DNA from: Kiritimatiellia bacterium
GTDB lineage: Bacteria; Verrucomicrobiota; Kiritimatiellia; RFP12; UBA1067
DNA: 64,000 nucleotides
Reading direction: 5' to 3'
NCBI GenBank assembly: GCA_046482825.1
Contig: JAWOEI010000028.1
Span: 9,508-73,507 of the forward strand
In this document: piece after piece, positions 1 through 9,529 of the stretch
How the letters are laid out: every line of letters starts with the position of its first letter
Position numbering within the stretch: position 1 is the first letter of the stretch
The notes under the pieces: generated by a model
Database searches by the model: none
The model's input: the letters and a program-made list of their open reading frames with translations, nothing else
Told to the model about the DNA's origin: nothing
Position numbers and translations under genes: made by a program

Positions 1-396
1 AAAGACGCGGCCTTTGACTATCACGGGGAATTGATAGGATTCACCGCGGAACTGCCACAGCCGGTATCGTTCAATGAGTTCTGCGACAAAATAAAAACCA
101 ACATAACAGATACCTTTCAGACACTGCATTTCGGAACAGAAAACATCCAGAAGGTCGGCATTGTATCAGGCGGCGCCGCCGACATGACAGATCAAGCGCA
201 TGATCTCGGCGTCGATCTCTTTCTGACGGGCGAAACTACGCTTCAGGCATACAATCTTGCCGAACAGCTGCATCAGAACGTTGTTTTTGCCGGACATTAT
301 GCCACGGAAATATTCGGTGTACGGGCTTTGTCTGAGCTGATCAACAGCGAACTCGGTATCCCGGCTGAATGTATGAATTTTCACATTCCTTTTTAG
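1..396 (+). CDS. Nif3-like dinuclear metal centre protein, C-terminal part (5' end lies outside the window)
   Basis: The ORF is open from the window edge. The C-terminal motif GVDLFLTGE...FAGHYATE is typical of the NIF3/YbgI family. Confidence 0.7.
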   Translation, partial: KDAAFDYHGELIGFTAELPQPVSFNEFCDKIKTNITDTFQTLHFGTENIQKVGIVSGGAADMTDQAHDLGVDLFLTGETTLQAYNLAEQLHQNVVFAGHYATEIFGVRALSELINSELGIPAECMNFHIPF

Positions 397-489
397 TTGG
401 CGACGACATTCAAGAATGTTATTCACCTCGCTCTGTCAAAATGATATTATGAGCGAATAAATTCTGATCGTCAATTAACAGGAAAGATT

Positions 490-1824
490 ATGTTCTACCA
501 AGATGCAGCCAACGACGGCAACACCCCGGTACACCCCGTAAGCGCCCCTGACTACATGCCTGTCGAGCAGTTGCGGGCCCTGCAGCTCCACCGCCTTCAG
601 GGCATGATCAAACATGTTTACGAAAATGTTTCGTTAACGCGTAAACGTATGGATGAACGCGGAGTAAGACCTGAACACATTAAATCTCTGAAAGATATCC
701 GTCTGCTGCCGTTTACAGCTAAAACCGACCTTCGCGATGAATATCCGTTCGGGCTGTTCGCCAGCCCCATGAATGACATCGTACGTTTTCACTGTTCCAG
801 CGGCACAACAGGCAAACCGATTGTCATCGGCAACACAAAAAACGATATCATCCTCTGGCAACAGGTCTGCATGCGTGCTCTGGCCATGTGCGGTGTCCGC
901 AGTTCCGACATACTCCAGGTATCCTATGGATACGGTTTGTTTACAGGAGGACTCGGAATGCATTACGGCGGCGAGGGACTGGGCTGCGCGGTTCTGCCGA
1001 TATCAGGCGGCAATACCGACAGACAGCTGATGATGATGCAGGACATGGGCGTAACCGTTATAGGCTGCACTCCCAGTTATTTCCTTCACCTGATAGATGA
1101 AGGACATAAACGCGGAATCGACTTCCGCAAGGACACCAAACTCCGGCACGGTATTTTCGGAGCTGAACCGTGGACGGAGGAAATGCGGACCAAAATAGAA
1201 GAGTCCTCCGGTATCATTGCCCACGACATCTACGGACTCACGGAAATATGCGGACCCGGTGTTGCCAACGACTGCCGATACCACAACGGCCTTCACATTT
1301 TTGAAGATCACTTCTATCCGGAGATTATCGATCCCGAAACGCTTGAACCCCTGCCGGACGGCGAATCCGGCGAGCTGGTTTTCACCACACTTACACGTAC
1401 TGGCACCCCCATGCTGCGATATCGCACACGCGACATCTCCCGCATCAATACCAGACCATGTGAATGCGGCCGGACAATCAGAACCTTCGAGCGTATCAGT
1501 GCCCGCAGCGATGACATGCTGATCATACGCGGAGTCAATGTATTCCCGTCCCAGATTGAAGCTGGTCTGCTTAAAGTCGAAAAAGTTCTGCCGCATTATA
1601 TGATTATCATCACCCGCGACGGCGACCTTGACAAACTTGAAATCCAGGTTGAAGTCACCGGAGAAACTTTCAGCGATGACATCAAATCGCTGGAAAAACT
1701 GAAAAGAGAGATTGCGCACTCCATCCAACAGATCATCAACATTTCAGCGGCAATCACTCTGGTTGAACCCAACACTCTGCCGCGAAGCCAGGGGAAATTG
1801 TGCCGTGTAAAGGATATGCGATAA
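490..1824 (+). CDS. Phenylacetate-CoA ligase family protein (PaaK-like aryl-acetate CoA ligase), copy 1
   Basis: 444 aa. Carries the adenylate-forming motifs SSGTTGKP and YGLTE and a PaaK-type C-terminal domain. An AGGAAAG Shine-Dalgarno-like sequence lies just upstream of the ATG at 490. Confidence 0.85.
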   Translation: MFYQDAANDGNTPVHPVSAPDYMPVEQLRALQLHRLQGMIKHVYENVSLTRKRMDERGVRPEHIKSLKDIRLLPFTAKTDLRDEYPFGLFASPMNDIVRFHCSSGTTGKPIVIGNTKNDIILWQQVCMRALAMCGVRSSDILQVSYGYGLFTGGLGMHYGGEGLGCAVLPISGGNTDRQLMMMQDMGVTVIGCTPSYFLHLIDEGHKRGIDFRKDTKLRHGIFGAEPWTEEMRTKIEESSGIIAHDIYGLTEICGPGVANDCRYHNGLHIFEDHFYPEIIDPETLEPLPDGESGELVFTTLTRTGTPMLRYRTRDISRINTRPCECGRTIRTFERISARSDDMLIIRGVNVFPSQIEAGLLKVEKVLPHYMIIITRDGDLDKLEIQVEVTGETFSDDIKSLEKLKREIAHSIQQIINISAAITLVEPNTLPRSQGKLCRVKDMR

Positions 1825-1861
1825 GCATAAGCCCGCTACAATTATGCAAAGGAGAAAATAA

Positions 1862-2293
1862 ATGAAAATTCATCAGATATCATTGTTTCTGGAAAACAAA
1901 CCGGGACATCTGAATGCCATCTGCCGCACCCTGGCCGAAAACGACATCAATATCGTGACTCTTTCACTGGCGGACACACAGCAGTTCGGTATTGTCCGTC
2001 TCATTGTTGAAGAGTGGGAAAAAGCCAGGGATGTTCTTGAACAGGCAGGTTATGTGGTTAACGTCCGCGAAGTTGTAGCTGCAACCGTTGCGGATAAACC
2101 GGGCGGCATGGCGGAACTGCTCGACAGCATAGGAAAAACCGGTGTAAACATTGAATATATGTATGCATTCACATCAAAACACAATGCGGAAGCGGTACTG
2201 GTATTCCGTTTTGATGACCCTGACAAAGCCATAGAAGCCCTCAAGGCATCAGGTCGCAATGTTCTCAATGCCCCGGTACTCTTCGCTAAGTGA
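1862..2293 (+). CDS. ACT domain-containing protein
   Basis: 143 aa with two ACT-like halves (ISLFLENKPGHL..., VADKPGGMAELL...). AAAGGAGAA ribosome-binding site. It sits between the two PaaK paralogues. Confidence 0.8.
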   Translation: MKIHQISLFLENKPGHLNAICRTLAENDINIVTLSLADTQQFGIVRLIVEEWEKARDVLEQAGYVVNVREVVAATVADKPGGMAELLDSIGKTGVNIEYMYAFTSKHNAEAVLVFRFDDPDKAIEALKASGRNVLNAPVLFAK

Positions 2294-2303
2294 TTTTTGA
2301 CAA

Positions 2304-3635
2304 ATGAACACCAAACCTATAATTGACAATCAGATATGGCAACCTGAATACGAATGCATGAACCGCCGTGACCTTGAAACGCTTCAGGTTCAGCAACTGC
2401 GTAAAGCTGTCAGCCGTGCATCATCCAATCCTTTCTACCAGGCAAAATTCAAGAAAAGCGGCGTCACTCCTGATAAGATTAAGTCGCTGGATGATCTGCG
2501 GCGCCTGCCCCTGACAACTAAAGCGGACCTGCGCGACAGCTACCCGCTTGGATTCGCATGTGTACCCCGCCCGGATGTAGCACGCTATCAGGGCACCAGT
2601 GGAACCACGGGAAAACCCACCTGGACCGCCTATACAAAAACCGATGTGGAAAACTGGAGTAGTCTCTGCGCCAGGTTTCTTTTTGCCGGCGGCCTCAGAC
2701 CCGAGCACACAGTGCAGCTTTCTTTCGGTTTCGGTCTCTTTACCGGAGGCTTCGGACTGCATTTCGGCATTGAAAAAATCGGCGCGGCCATCATACCGAT
2801 ATCCAGCGGAAATTCAGACCGCCAACTGACATGCATGCTTGATCTGCAACCCGAAATACTCATATGTACACCATCGTATGCCCTGAAACTTATGGACACA
2901 ATTCTGCAAGGTGATGTCAAACGATCCCAGCTGAATCTGCAACATGCTTTTTTCGGAGGAGAACCCTGGACGGAAGACATGAGAACCCGCATTGAGGACG
3001 GACTGAAGATGCGTTGCTGGAACAACTACGGGCTCGCCGAAGTTCAGGGCCCCGGTGTCAGCGGAGAATGCGCTTTTCGTAACGGCATGCACATACAGGA
3101 AGACCATTTCATCTTCGAAGTTATCAATCCGGAAACACTTGAACCCCTGCCGGACGGTAAACGCGGAGAGATTGTTATCACCCCGATGAACCGTGAAGGT
3201 TTCCCTGTACTTCGTTATCGCACAAGAGACATCGGTTTCATTTATAATGACGGAGAATGTCCGTGTGGGCGCACCACCCGTCGCATGAGCCGTATTCTCG
3301 GCCGTACGGATGACATGCTGATTATACGCGGGGTAAACGTATTTCCATCGCAAATTGAAACAGCTCTTATGAGAATCGATTCCGTTGCCCCCCATTATAT
3401 GATTGAAGTCAGCCGGCCGAAAGCACTAGATGAAATCACTGTTCATATCGAAATAAAACCGGAAATGTTTTCCGACAGTATGACTGAAATGCAGGAGATC
3501 AAAAAAGATATAGCTAAAGCCATCCTGCACGTTACAGGTCTGCACATGAAGATTAACCTTGTTTCTCCCAATACTCTCGAACGCTTTGAAGGTAAAGCGA
3601 AACGGGTTGTGGATCACCGTAATCTGGTTGACTAA
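2304..3635 (+). CDS. Phenylacetate-CoA ligase family protein (PaaK-like), copy 2
   Basis: 443 aa with TSGTTGKP and YGLAE motifs. It is collinear with copy 1 along its whole length, at roughly half identity by eye. Confidence 0.85.
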   Translation: MNTKPIIDNQIWQPEYECMNRRDLETLQVQQLRKAVSRASSNPFYQAKFKKSGVTPDKIKSLDDLRRLPLTTKADLRDSYPLGFACVPRPDVARYQGTSGTTGKPTWTAYTKTDVENWSSLCARFLFAGGLRPEHTVQLSFGFGLFTGGFGLHFGIEKIGAAIIPISSGNSDRQLTCMLDLQPEILICTPSYALKLMDTILQGDVKRSQLNLQHAFFGGEPWTEDMRTRIEDGLKMRCWNNYGLAEVQGPGVSGECAFRNGMHIQEDHFIFEVINPETLEPLPDGKRGEIVITPMNREGFPVLRYRTRDIGFIYNDGECPCGRTTRRMSRILGRTDDMLIIRGVNVFPSQIETALMRIDSVAPHYMIEVSRPKALDEITVHIEIKPEMFSDSMTEMQEIKKDIAKAILHVTGLHMKINLVSPNTLERFEGKAKRVVDHRNLVD

Positions 3636-3687
3636 TCTGATGTCTTCATCACAGCATCCTGTTAAAATATATAAGGAGTAATGCATA

Positions 3688-4389
3688 ATGAAGACCGCAT
3701 TGATTACCGGAGCCAGCCGGGGAATCGGCAAAGCGATTGCGCTGAAGCTGGCTGAAACGCACAGCTTGATTTTAACCGGTCGCAACCGGAAAAGATTAGC
3801 TGAAGTGCAGGCTGCCTGCGAAGCGGAAGGGACTTCAGTCCAAACCGTTGCGGCGGATCTGTCGATCCCGGCGGATGTTGAAAAATTATTCATGACTGTC
3901 GATCAACTTGACCTGCTGATCAACAATGCCGGCATGGGCATATTCAAGCCTATCGGGAAAACCACTCTCGCCGACTGGAAGAAGATACAGCAGGTGAATG
4001 TGGAGGGGGCGTTTCTATGCATACAGGCGGCAATGAAGATCATGACGGCTCAGGGTGGCGGACGCATTATCAACATCTCCTCGGTAGTCGGGGTGAAGGG
4101 CTATCCGAAGCAGGCGGCCTACGGTGCCAGCAAGCATGCGCTGCTCGGACTCACGAAAACCGCGATCGAAGAGGGCCGTAATGCAAACATTCGCGTTCAT
4201 GCCATCTGTCCCGGCGGCGTAGCAACCGATCTGCTCAGGAAATCACGTCCTGACCTGAACGAATTTTCCGCCATGATTCAACCTGAAGATGTTGCAAACG
4301 CGGTTTGCTATCTCAACAGCCTTCCGCCGAACATTACGGTGGATGTCATCTATCTGCGCCGGTCTGCTTCGTCTCAGATGTGGGGGTAG
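3688..4389 (+). CDS. Short-chain dehydrogenase/reductase (SDR) family oxidoreductase
   Basis: 233 aa. TGASRGIGKAIA Rossmann motif, NNAG, and the catalytic YGASK (Y-x3-K). Confidence 0.85.
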   Translation: MKTALITGASRGIGKAIALKLAETHSLILTGRNRKRLAEVQAACEAEGTSVQTVAADLSIPADVEKLFMTVDQLDLLINNAGMGIFKPIGKTTLADWKKIQQVNVEGAFLCIQAAMKIMTAQGGGRIINISSVVGVKGYPKQAAYGASKHALLGLTKTAIEEGRNANIRVHAICPGGVATDLLRKSRPDLNEFSAMIQPEDVANAVCYLNSLPPNITVDVIYLRRSASSQMWG

Positions 4390-4520
4390 AACCTCCGGGT
4401 AACCCGTATAAAGACGGAACTGCAAAAAACGCAATCATAATTGCTGAAGGTTTATTTTTAGCCGCGCACCTTTTTTTCTGTTGAATCCCGGCCGCAGATG
4501 CAGTAAACTCGGTCATATTG

Positions 4521-4679
4521 TCAGTTGGGGTGTCTGCCTACCGGCGGTCTGAGATGATACCCACAGAACCTGATCAGGATAATGCCTGCGCAAGGAATCT
4601 GATACATCGCATACCGAGAGACTGCCGCACGTAGCGATGCTCCGCCTGACGAAAACCCGCAATCCGAAGGAACATCGCT
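4521..4679 (+). promoter_or_regulatory. TPP (THI-box) riboswitch with expression platform, upstream of thi4
   Basis: The aptamer core at about 4524-4598 reads GGGGTG...CTGAGA..ACCC..GAACCTGATCAGGATAATGCCTGCGCAAGGAA, which closely matches the THI-element consensus. In the platform, TAGCGATG (4632-4639) can pair either with CATCGC (4605-4610) or with CATCGCTA (4673-4680); the latter abuts the ATG. Confidence 0.85.
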
Positions 4680-5465
4680 ATGCAAGCTCCCATCATGGAA
4701 GAACAAATCTCCGGCGCCATCGTCCGGAACTTTTTCGCAAAATTTGAACAGCACCTCTCTGTTGACGTTGCCATCGTCGGCGCCGGACCATCCGGTCTCG
4801 TAGCCGCACATGATCTCGCCAGATCCGGTTTGAAAGTTGCCGTCTATGAAAGCAAACTCGCGCCCGGCGGCGGAACCTGGGGCGGCGGCATGCTCATGAA
4901 CGAGGTTGTTGTACAGGACGATGCCATTGCCATTCTCCAGGACTTCAATATATCCACCGCACCCCTTGGCAACGGCTACCACACGCTCGATTCCGTCGAA
5001 ATGGCCGCTGGCCTCATCTTCGGCGCACGAAAAGCCGGAGCCGTCATCTTCAATACCGTTTCCGTTGAGGATGTCGTCATTCACGATGGTGTCATTTGTG
5101 GCGTTGTCATCAACTGGACTCCTATCCTAAGACTTGACATGCACGTGGATCCGCTGGTCGTCACAGCGCGGGCTGTTGTTGACGGAACGGGGCATCCCAG
5201 CGAAATCATCAACAAGGTAGTCAACAAGGCCGGCATGACTATCGATTCGCCAACTGGCGGTGTCCTCGGGGAAAAACCGATGTGGATGGCCGATGGCGAA
5301 CGCACGACCGTGAAAAACACTATGCGGCTGTGCCCCGGACTATACGCCTCCGGCATGGCGGCCAACAACGTGCAGGGCGGCTTCCGCATGGGGCCGATCT
5401 TCGGCGGGATGCTCAAAAGCGGGCGCAAGCTTGCCGGAATCATCACTGAAGATTTATCGAAGTGA
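4680..5465 (+). CDS. thi4: Thiazole synthase, Thi4 type (archaeal/eukaryotic-like, sulfide-dependent class)
   Basis: 261 aa. [11 protein letters not shown] dinucleotide fold, APGGG, and [14 protein letters not shown]. It is preceded by the TPP riboswitch. Confidence 0.9.
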   Translation: MQAPIMEEQISGAIVRNFFAKFEQHLSVDVAIVGAGPSGLVAAHDLARSGLKVAVYESKLAPGGGTWGGGMLMNEVVVQDDAIAILQDFNISTAPLGNGYHTLDSVEMAAGLIFGARKAGAVIFNTVSVEDVVIHDGVICGVVINWTPILRLDMHVDPLVVTARAVVDGTGHPSEIINKVVNKAGMTIDSPTGGVLGEKPMWMADGERTTVKNTMRLCPGLYASGMAANNVQGGFRMGPIFGGMLKSGRKLAGIITEDLSK

Positions 5466-5484
5466 CCTCATTCCCTCCACACGC

Positions 5485-5513
5485 AGACACCCCCACATCA
5501 TTCGGGGGTGTCT
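5485..5513 (+). terminator. GC-rich hairpin downstream of thi4 (possible terminator, no U-tract)
   Basis: AGACACCCCC (5485-5494), a 9-nt loop, then GGGGGTGTCT (5504-5513), giving a 10-bp perfect stem 20 nt after the thi4 stop. Confidence 0.35.
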
Positions 5514-5592
5514 GCCTGTCGGCTGTCGCCATTGGTGCAGTATCACAACACCGCCGCAACTCATTTTAGAACAAAGAGGAACAGAGAATATA

Positions 5593-6747
5593 ATGGAACT
5601 AAAACCAGAAAGAACAATTTACCCGACACAGAGCCATTGTGCTGCAAGCAAACTTAAAAGTCACATGAGCACACTCACAGTGATAACAATCTTTCTCTTG
5701 TTAGCCGTATCTTCCGCATCCTCCCATGAAGCAAGTCTCAAAAAAGAATCTATTGAGAAATACAACAAACGAATGCAATGGTTTGCGCAGGCTCAGTTCG
5801 GTATGTTTATCCACTTCGGTCTTTATTCACAGGCCGGAGGTATTTGGGAAGGGCAGAAAGTCAAAGGCTATACAGAATGGATACAGAGCAAGCACAAAAT
5901 CAAAAAAGAGGAGTACGCTCAGTTGCTCAAGACGTTCAACCCTTCCAGGTTTGACGCCGATTTTATCGTCAGTATGGCCAAGCAGGCAGGAATGAAATAC
6001 TTGATAATTACGTCCAAACACCACGAAGGTTTCTGTTTATGGAACAGTAGATATACTGAGTATGACGTTGCCAGCACACCATTCAAGGGACGGGACATTC
6101 TTGGTGAACTAAACAATGCCTGCAAAAAACATGGTCTCAAGTTCGGACTTTACTACAGCATCATTGACTGGCACCACCCCGCTCAATCGGGATTGGACTT
6201 TCACAATCAGATGGTAAAAGGACGAAAGCAGGAATATCTTGATTATCAGAACAACCAGATCAGGGAACTGATTAAAAGGTATGATCCGGCCATACTCTGG
6301 TTCGACGGCGACTGGGCCAAATGGTGGACGATACAGAACGGCATTGATCTTTACAACACCATCAGAAATGCAAGCTCCGAAATTATCGTAAACAATCGCG
6401 TGGCAAAACGGAAAATTTTTGAGTTGGATTACGTCACTCAGGAACAGAATCATTTCAAAAACTCCTTTTCCAAGCATTGGGAAGCCTGCTACACTATGAA
6501 TAAATCCTGGGGATACAGTAAACATGACAGCAACTGGAAAACGCCTGAAACAATCTATAACAAATTAAAGGATATCAACCACAAAGGGGGGAATCTCTTG
6601 CTGAACGTCGGCCCCGATGGAAACGGTGATATTCCGCCTGAAGCAATCGCCATCCTTAAGGACAGTGCCAAATTACTGCAAGCAAAACCGATCAGCAAGA
6701 ATATACCGAAGATCACCGAAGTTCCCGGTATCAGGCAAACGCTTTGA
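5593..6747 (+). CDS. Alpha-L-fucosidase (GH29 family), secreted
   Basis: GH29-like FGMFIHFGLYS, EWI, HHEGFCLW and WFDGDW blocks, with a signal-like MSTLTVITIFLLLAVSSASS. The start is ambiguous: ATG 5593 (preceded by AGAGGA) or ATG 5665. The track ORF start at 5431 overlaps thi4 and is unlikely. Confidence 0.85.
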   Translation: MELKPERTIYPTQSHCAASKLKSHMSTLTVITIFLLLAVSSASSHEASLKKESIEKYNKRMQWFAQAQFGMFIHFGLYSQAGGIWEGQKVKGYTEWIQSKHKIKKEEYAQLLKTFNPSRFDADFIVSMAKQAGMKYLIITSKHHEGFCLWNSRYTEYDVASTPFKGRDILGELNNACKKHGLKFGLYYSIIDWHHPAQSGLDFHNQMVKGRKQEYLDYQNNQIRELIKRYDPAILWFDGDWAKWWTIQNGIDLYNTIRNASSEIIVNNRVAKRKIFELDYVTQEQNHFKNSFSKHWEACYTMNKSWGYSKHDSNWKTPETIYNKLKDINHKGGNLLLNVGPDGNGDIPPEAIAILKDSAKLLQAKPISKNIPKITEVPGIRQTL

Positions 6748-6967
6748 TTTCGATAAACTTAATACAGACAGTTAGCCGGACAGCGATTCCGCCATCTGGC
6801 GGCACGAGGAAAGACAGTTTCCGTCAAGTCGGACTTGCTCCTTGATCAGTACCGGATTTTCGCCTATCATAATCGGACTTAAGATGACATGAATTTCAGG
6901 TCCGGTACATATTCGAAGTGCACCGGAAAACAGCCGGGTATGCCCGGCACACAACGAAAGGCAACCC

Positions 6968-7372
6968 ATGATTCCCGATCTACAGGCAAGTGTTTTATGC
7001 GACGATGTGCGCCAGGAACGCAATGGAAAATTTATGCTTATCGGCATTTTTGACGGCCTGGCACTTAACTCGGAAAAGCCTCTCTGCCCGAGAATCTGCC
7101 TTATGAACCGCTGGTGTGCAGGCAAAGGGCGCTTTCAGCAGCATTCCAAGATCATCGGCCCCGACGGCATCACGGTTGTCGGACAGGGTAAAAGCGTACC
7201 GATAAAACTTGAGAATGAAAAGCAGGTGGCCACAACAGTCGAGGTCTTTATAAATCTGGTATTTCATCAGGAGGGCACTCACTGGGTTGAGATTCACCTG
7301 GACGACAACATGCGTATGCGTTATCCCCTTCATATAAGAAAGATGCAGCCTCAGAATTCTCATCCGGAGTAA
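6968..7372 (+). CDS. Hypothetical protein (134 aa)
   Basis: Protein-like composition and a GAAAGG ribosome-binding site 7 nt upstream. No family recognised with confidence. The 3' end overlaps the convergent dnaG ORF by 125 nt. Confidence 0.5.
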   Translation: MIPDLQASVLCDDVRQERNGKFMLIGIFDGLALNSEKPLCPRICLMNRWCAGKGRFQQHSKIIGPDGITVVGQGKSVPIKLENEKQVATTVEVFINLVFHQEGTHWVEIHLDDNMRMRYPLHIRKMQPQNSHPE

Positions 7373-9431
7373 TTCCGGCACATGCTTCGCGGATGGGAAA
7401 GGGATCGTCTGCTTTTATCGGCTCTGCCGCTGTGATCATATACTTTTGCACGTTCTTCCAAAGACCATTCTGCAATTCTTTTATCAGACAGGAAAGATGC
7501 AATCTCCTGCTGTCGTTTTCAGGACTTGACTCAGCAGGCAGCGCCCCCTGTTCATCACGATAATAAATCATCCAGATCCGGCGTATAATATCCTGCATGG
7601 CCTCTTCAGAAGTGGCTTCCACTGCACCGAGCATCTTGTGCTGATGATTCAGCAGAGAAGTAAAGAACGGTTGAACTGACACATCGACAGTCCTGTACAA
7701 TGCGGCCAGTTTATCCGTGTTTTCACGGCTACCATCGATTACTGCACGGACAAAATCCCGTACAAACGGATGCTTGATCACGTCCAGTGGCAGATATCGG
7801 ATGACCATATTGATTATCTGAAGATCATGTTCGTGCTCAAGCAGCATTTCACAGAGCGCCTTTTCACACTCGGCAGGAGGAGCTGGAGCGTTTTCTTTAT
7901 CCGTCGGCACTTCAACTTCGGGGCCCAGTACATATTCAAGTTCGTTCCCGTCTTCATCAACAGGCGGTCCGAAAGGACCGTCAGGCAACGGAGGCTCTTC
8001 ATCGGAAGGAACACATTCATCAGAACTCCCGGACACTGGAAGGACATCCGGCGACAGAACCTTTTTCTGTTTACGGGGCTTTCCCTCTTTTTTTGCAAAA
8101 GATCCGCGTCTTTTCGCTTTCTTTCTATATTCCCTGAGGTCCTCTTCCATCGCGCTGAGAGGCAGATGCAGAATATCGGAAGCTTCCTGAAGAAGAGAAC
8201 TGGCAATCACGGAACTGGAGCATCCCGCAAGGGTTTCCAGAACGCCATGACTCACCCGGCCGACCGCATCAATAGACTCGGGATGTTCCTCAACAGATCT
8301 CATTGACTCAATCTGAAAGGCAATGATTGACTCTGCCCTTTCAATTATGCTCCTGAATACATCGTACCCCCGCTTGCATAAAACAGAATCGGGATCTTCA
8401 CCGGCAGGCATGGTGGCAACTCTCACCGGCACACCTTCTTCCAGAAGCAAAGCTCCGGTTCTGACAGCCGCTTTTTTTCCTGCCGCATCACCGTCAAAAA
8501 CCAACACAGCGCAATCCGCATAGCGTTTAAGAAGCCTGACATGATCTTTGGAAAAAGAGGTACCCTGAGAAGCCACAGCAGTTTCAAATCCGCAGGAATG
8601 ACATCTGATCACATCGATCTGACCTTCACAGATAATCGCTTCGCGACGGGGATGTCTGACTATCTTAGATGCAGCCTTGTCAAGTCCGTAAAGAACACGA
8701 CCTTTGATAAAAATTTCAGTTTCAGGACTGTTTACATATTTCGCCTTGCGTTTGTCGTTTCTGTCATAGATTCGTGCACTGAATGCAACAACGCGCCCCT
8801 GTGCATCACGGACGGGAAATATCAGACGATCCTGAAAACGGTCATACAATTCAGTTCTGCCGTCCAGAGGCGGCAGGACAATACCCGCGGCCTCGAGATC
8901 ATCAAGACTGCGGGCTGTTTTATCCGCCCAGCGTAGCAGGGCTTTACGCTGTCGGGGCGGTGCATATCCTATGGAAAAAGTTTCGAGCGTTTTCCTGTCA
9001 AGGTTTCTTTCATTAAGATACTTACGCACTGCAGCGGCATCTTTTGTTTCGTTGAGGCATCGCTGATAAAAATCGGCCAGTTCGGCATGCAGAGCATAGA
9101 GCATCTTGCGTTTACCGGCATACTTATCATGTTTTTCCTCTATTACAACTCCCACGCGGTCAGCCAGCTGGCGGACCGCCTCGATAAAAGTGAGCCCGTC
9201 ATATTCCATTACGAATTTGAATGCGTCTCCCCCTGCGCCGCAGCCGAAACACTTATAGCTCTGCCGGGTGGGATTAACAGTGAAAGACGGGGTTTTTTCA
9301 TTGTGAAAAGGACAGCGCCCCTTAAAACTCGAGCCGGATTTCTTGATCTCAACCCGTTCACGGATCAGCTCAACTATATCCACCCGCGCCCGGATCTCTT
9401 CAATTATATTGCTGTCAATTATCGCCGCCAT
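7248..9431 (-). CDS. dnaG: DNA primase DnaG
   Basis: 727 aa. CHC2 zinc finger CPFHNEKTPSF...CFGCG, and TOPRIM EGQIDV...FDGDAAG. It also has a long charged/Pro-rich linker and a C-terminal helicase-interaction-like region. Confidence 0.9.
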   Translation of the reverse strand: MAAIIDSNIIEEIRARVDIVELIRERVEIKKSGSSFKGRCPFHNEKTPSFTVNPTRQSYKCFGCGAGGDAFKFVMEYDGLTFIEAVRQLADRVGVVIEEKHDKYAGKRKMLYALHAELADFYQRCLNETKDAAAVRKYLNERNLDRKTLETFSIGYAPPRQRKALLRWADKTARSLDDLEAAGIVLPPLDGRTELYDRFQDRLIFPVRDAQGRVVAFSARIYDRNDKRKAKYVNSPETEIFIKGRVLYGLDKAASKIVRHPRREAIICEGQIDVIRCHSCGFETAVASQGTSFSKDHVRLLKRYADCAVLVFDGDAAGKKAAVRTGALLLEEGVPVRVATMPAGEDPDSVLCKRGYDVFRSIIERAESIIAFQIESMRSVEEHPESIDAVGRVSHGVLETLAGCSSSVIASSLLQEASDILHLPLSAMEEDLREYRKKAKRRGSFAKKEGKPRKQKKVLSPDVLPVSGSSDECVPSDEEPPLPDGPFGPPVDEDGNELEYVLGPEVEVPTDKENAPAPPAECEKALCEMLLEHEHDLQIINMVIRYLPLDVIKHPFVRDFVRAVIDGSRENTDKLAALYRTVDVSVQPFFTSLLNHQHKMLGAVEATSEEAMQDIIRRIWMIYYRDEQGALPAESSPENDSRRLHLSCLIKELQNGLWKNVQKYMITAAEPIKADDPFPIREACAGITPDENSEAASFLYEGDNAYACCRPGESQPSECPPDEIPDL

Positions 9432-9529
9432 TACAGATGATATTTAAACACAATACCGTTAGATTTTCACTCTTAAATGACAATCGCGAATTGTAATCAC
9501 TACCATCCCATCGATTTAGTAGATTATTT

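Noticed and set aside
4521-5084. A 187-aa minus-strand ORF covering the thi4 5' region and the TPP riboswitch.
   Set aside because: It overlaps a clear riboswitch and the conserved thi4 N-terminus on the other strand, and it has no motifs.
5431-5592. The long N-terminal extension of the fucosidase ORF, starting inside thi4.
   Set aside because: It would overlap the thi4 3' end and read through the post-thi4 hairpin. The downstream ATGs at 5593 or 5665 give a normal signal peptide.
6772-7125. A 117-aa minus-strand ORF between the fucosidase gene and dnaG.
   Set aside because: It overlaps the better-looking plus-strand ORF 6968-7372 and has no ribosome-binding site or recognisable features.
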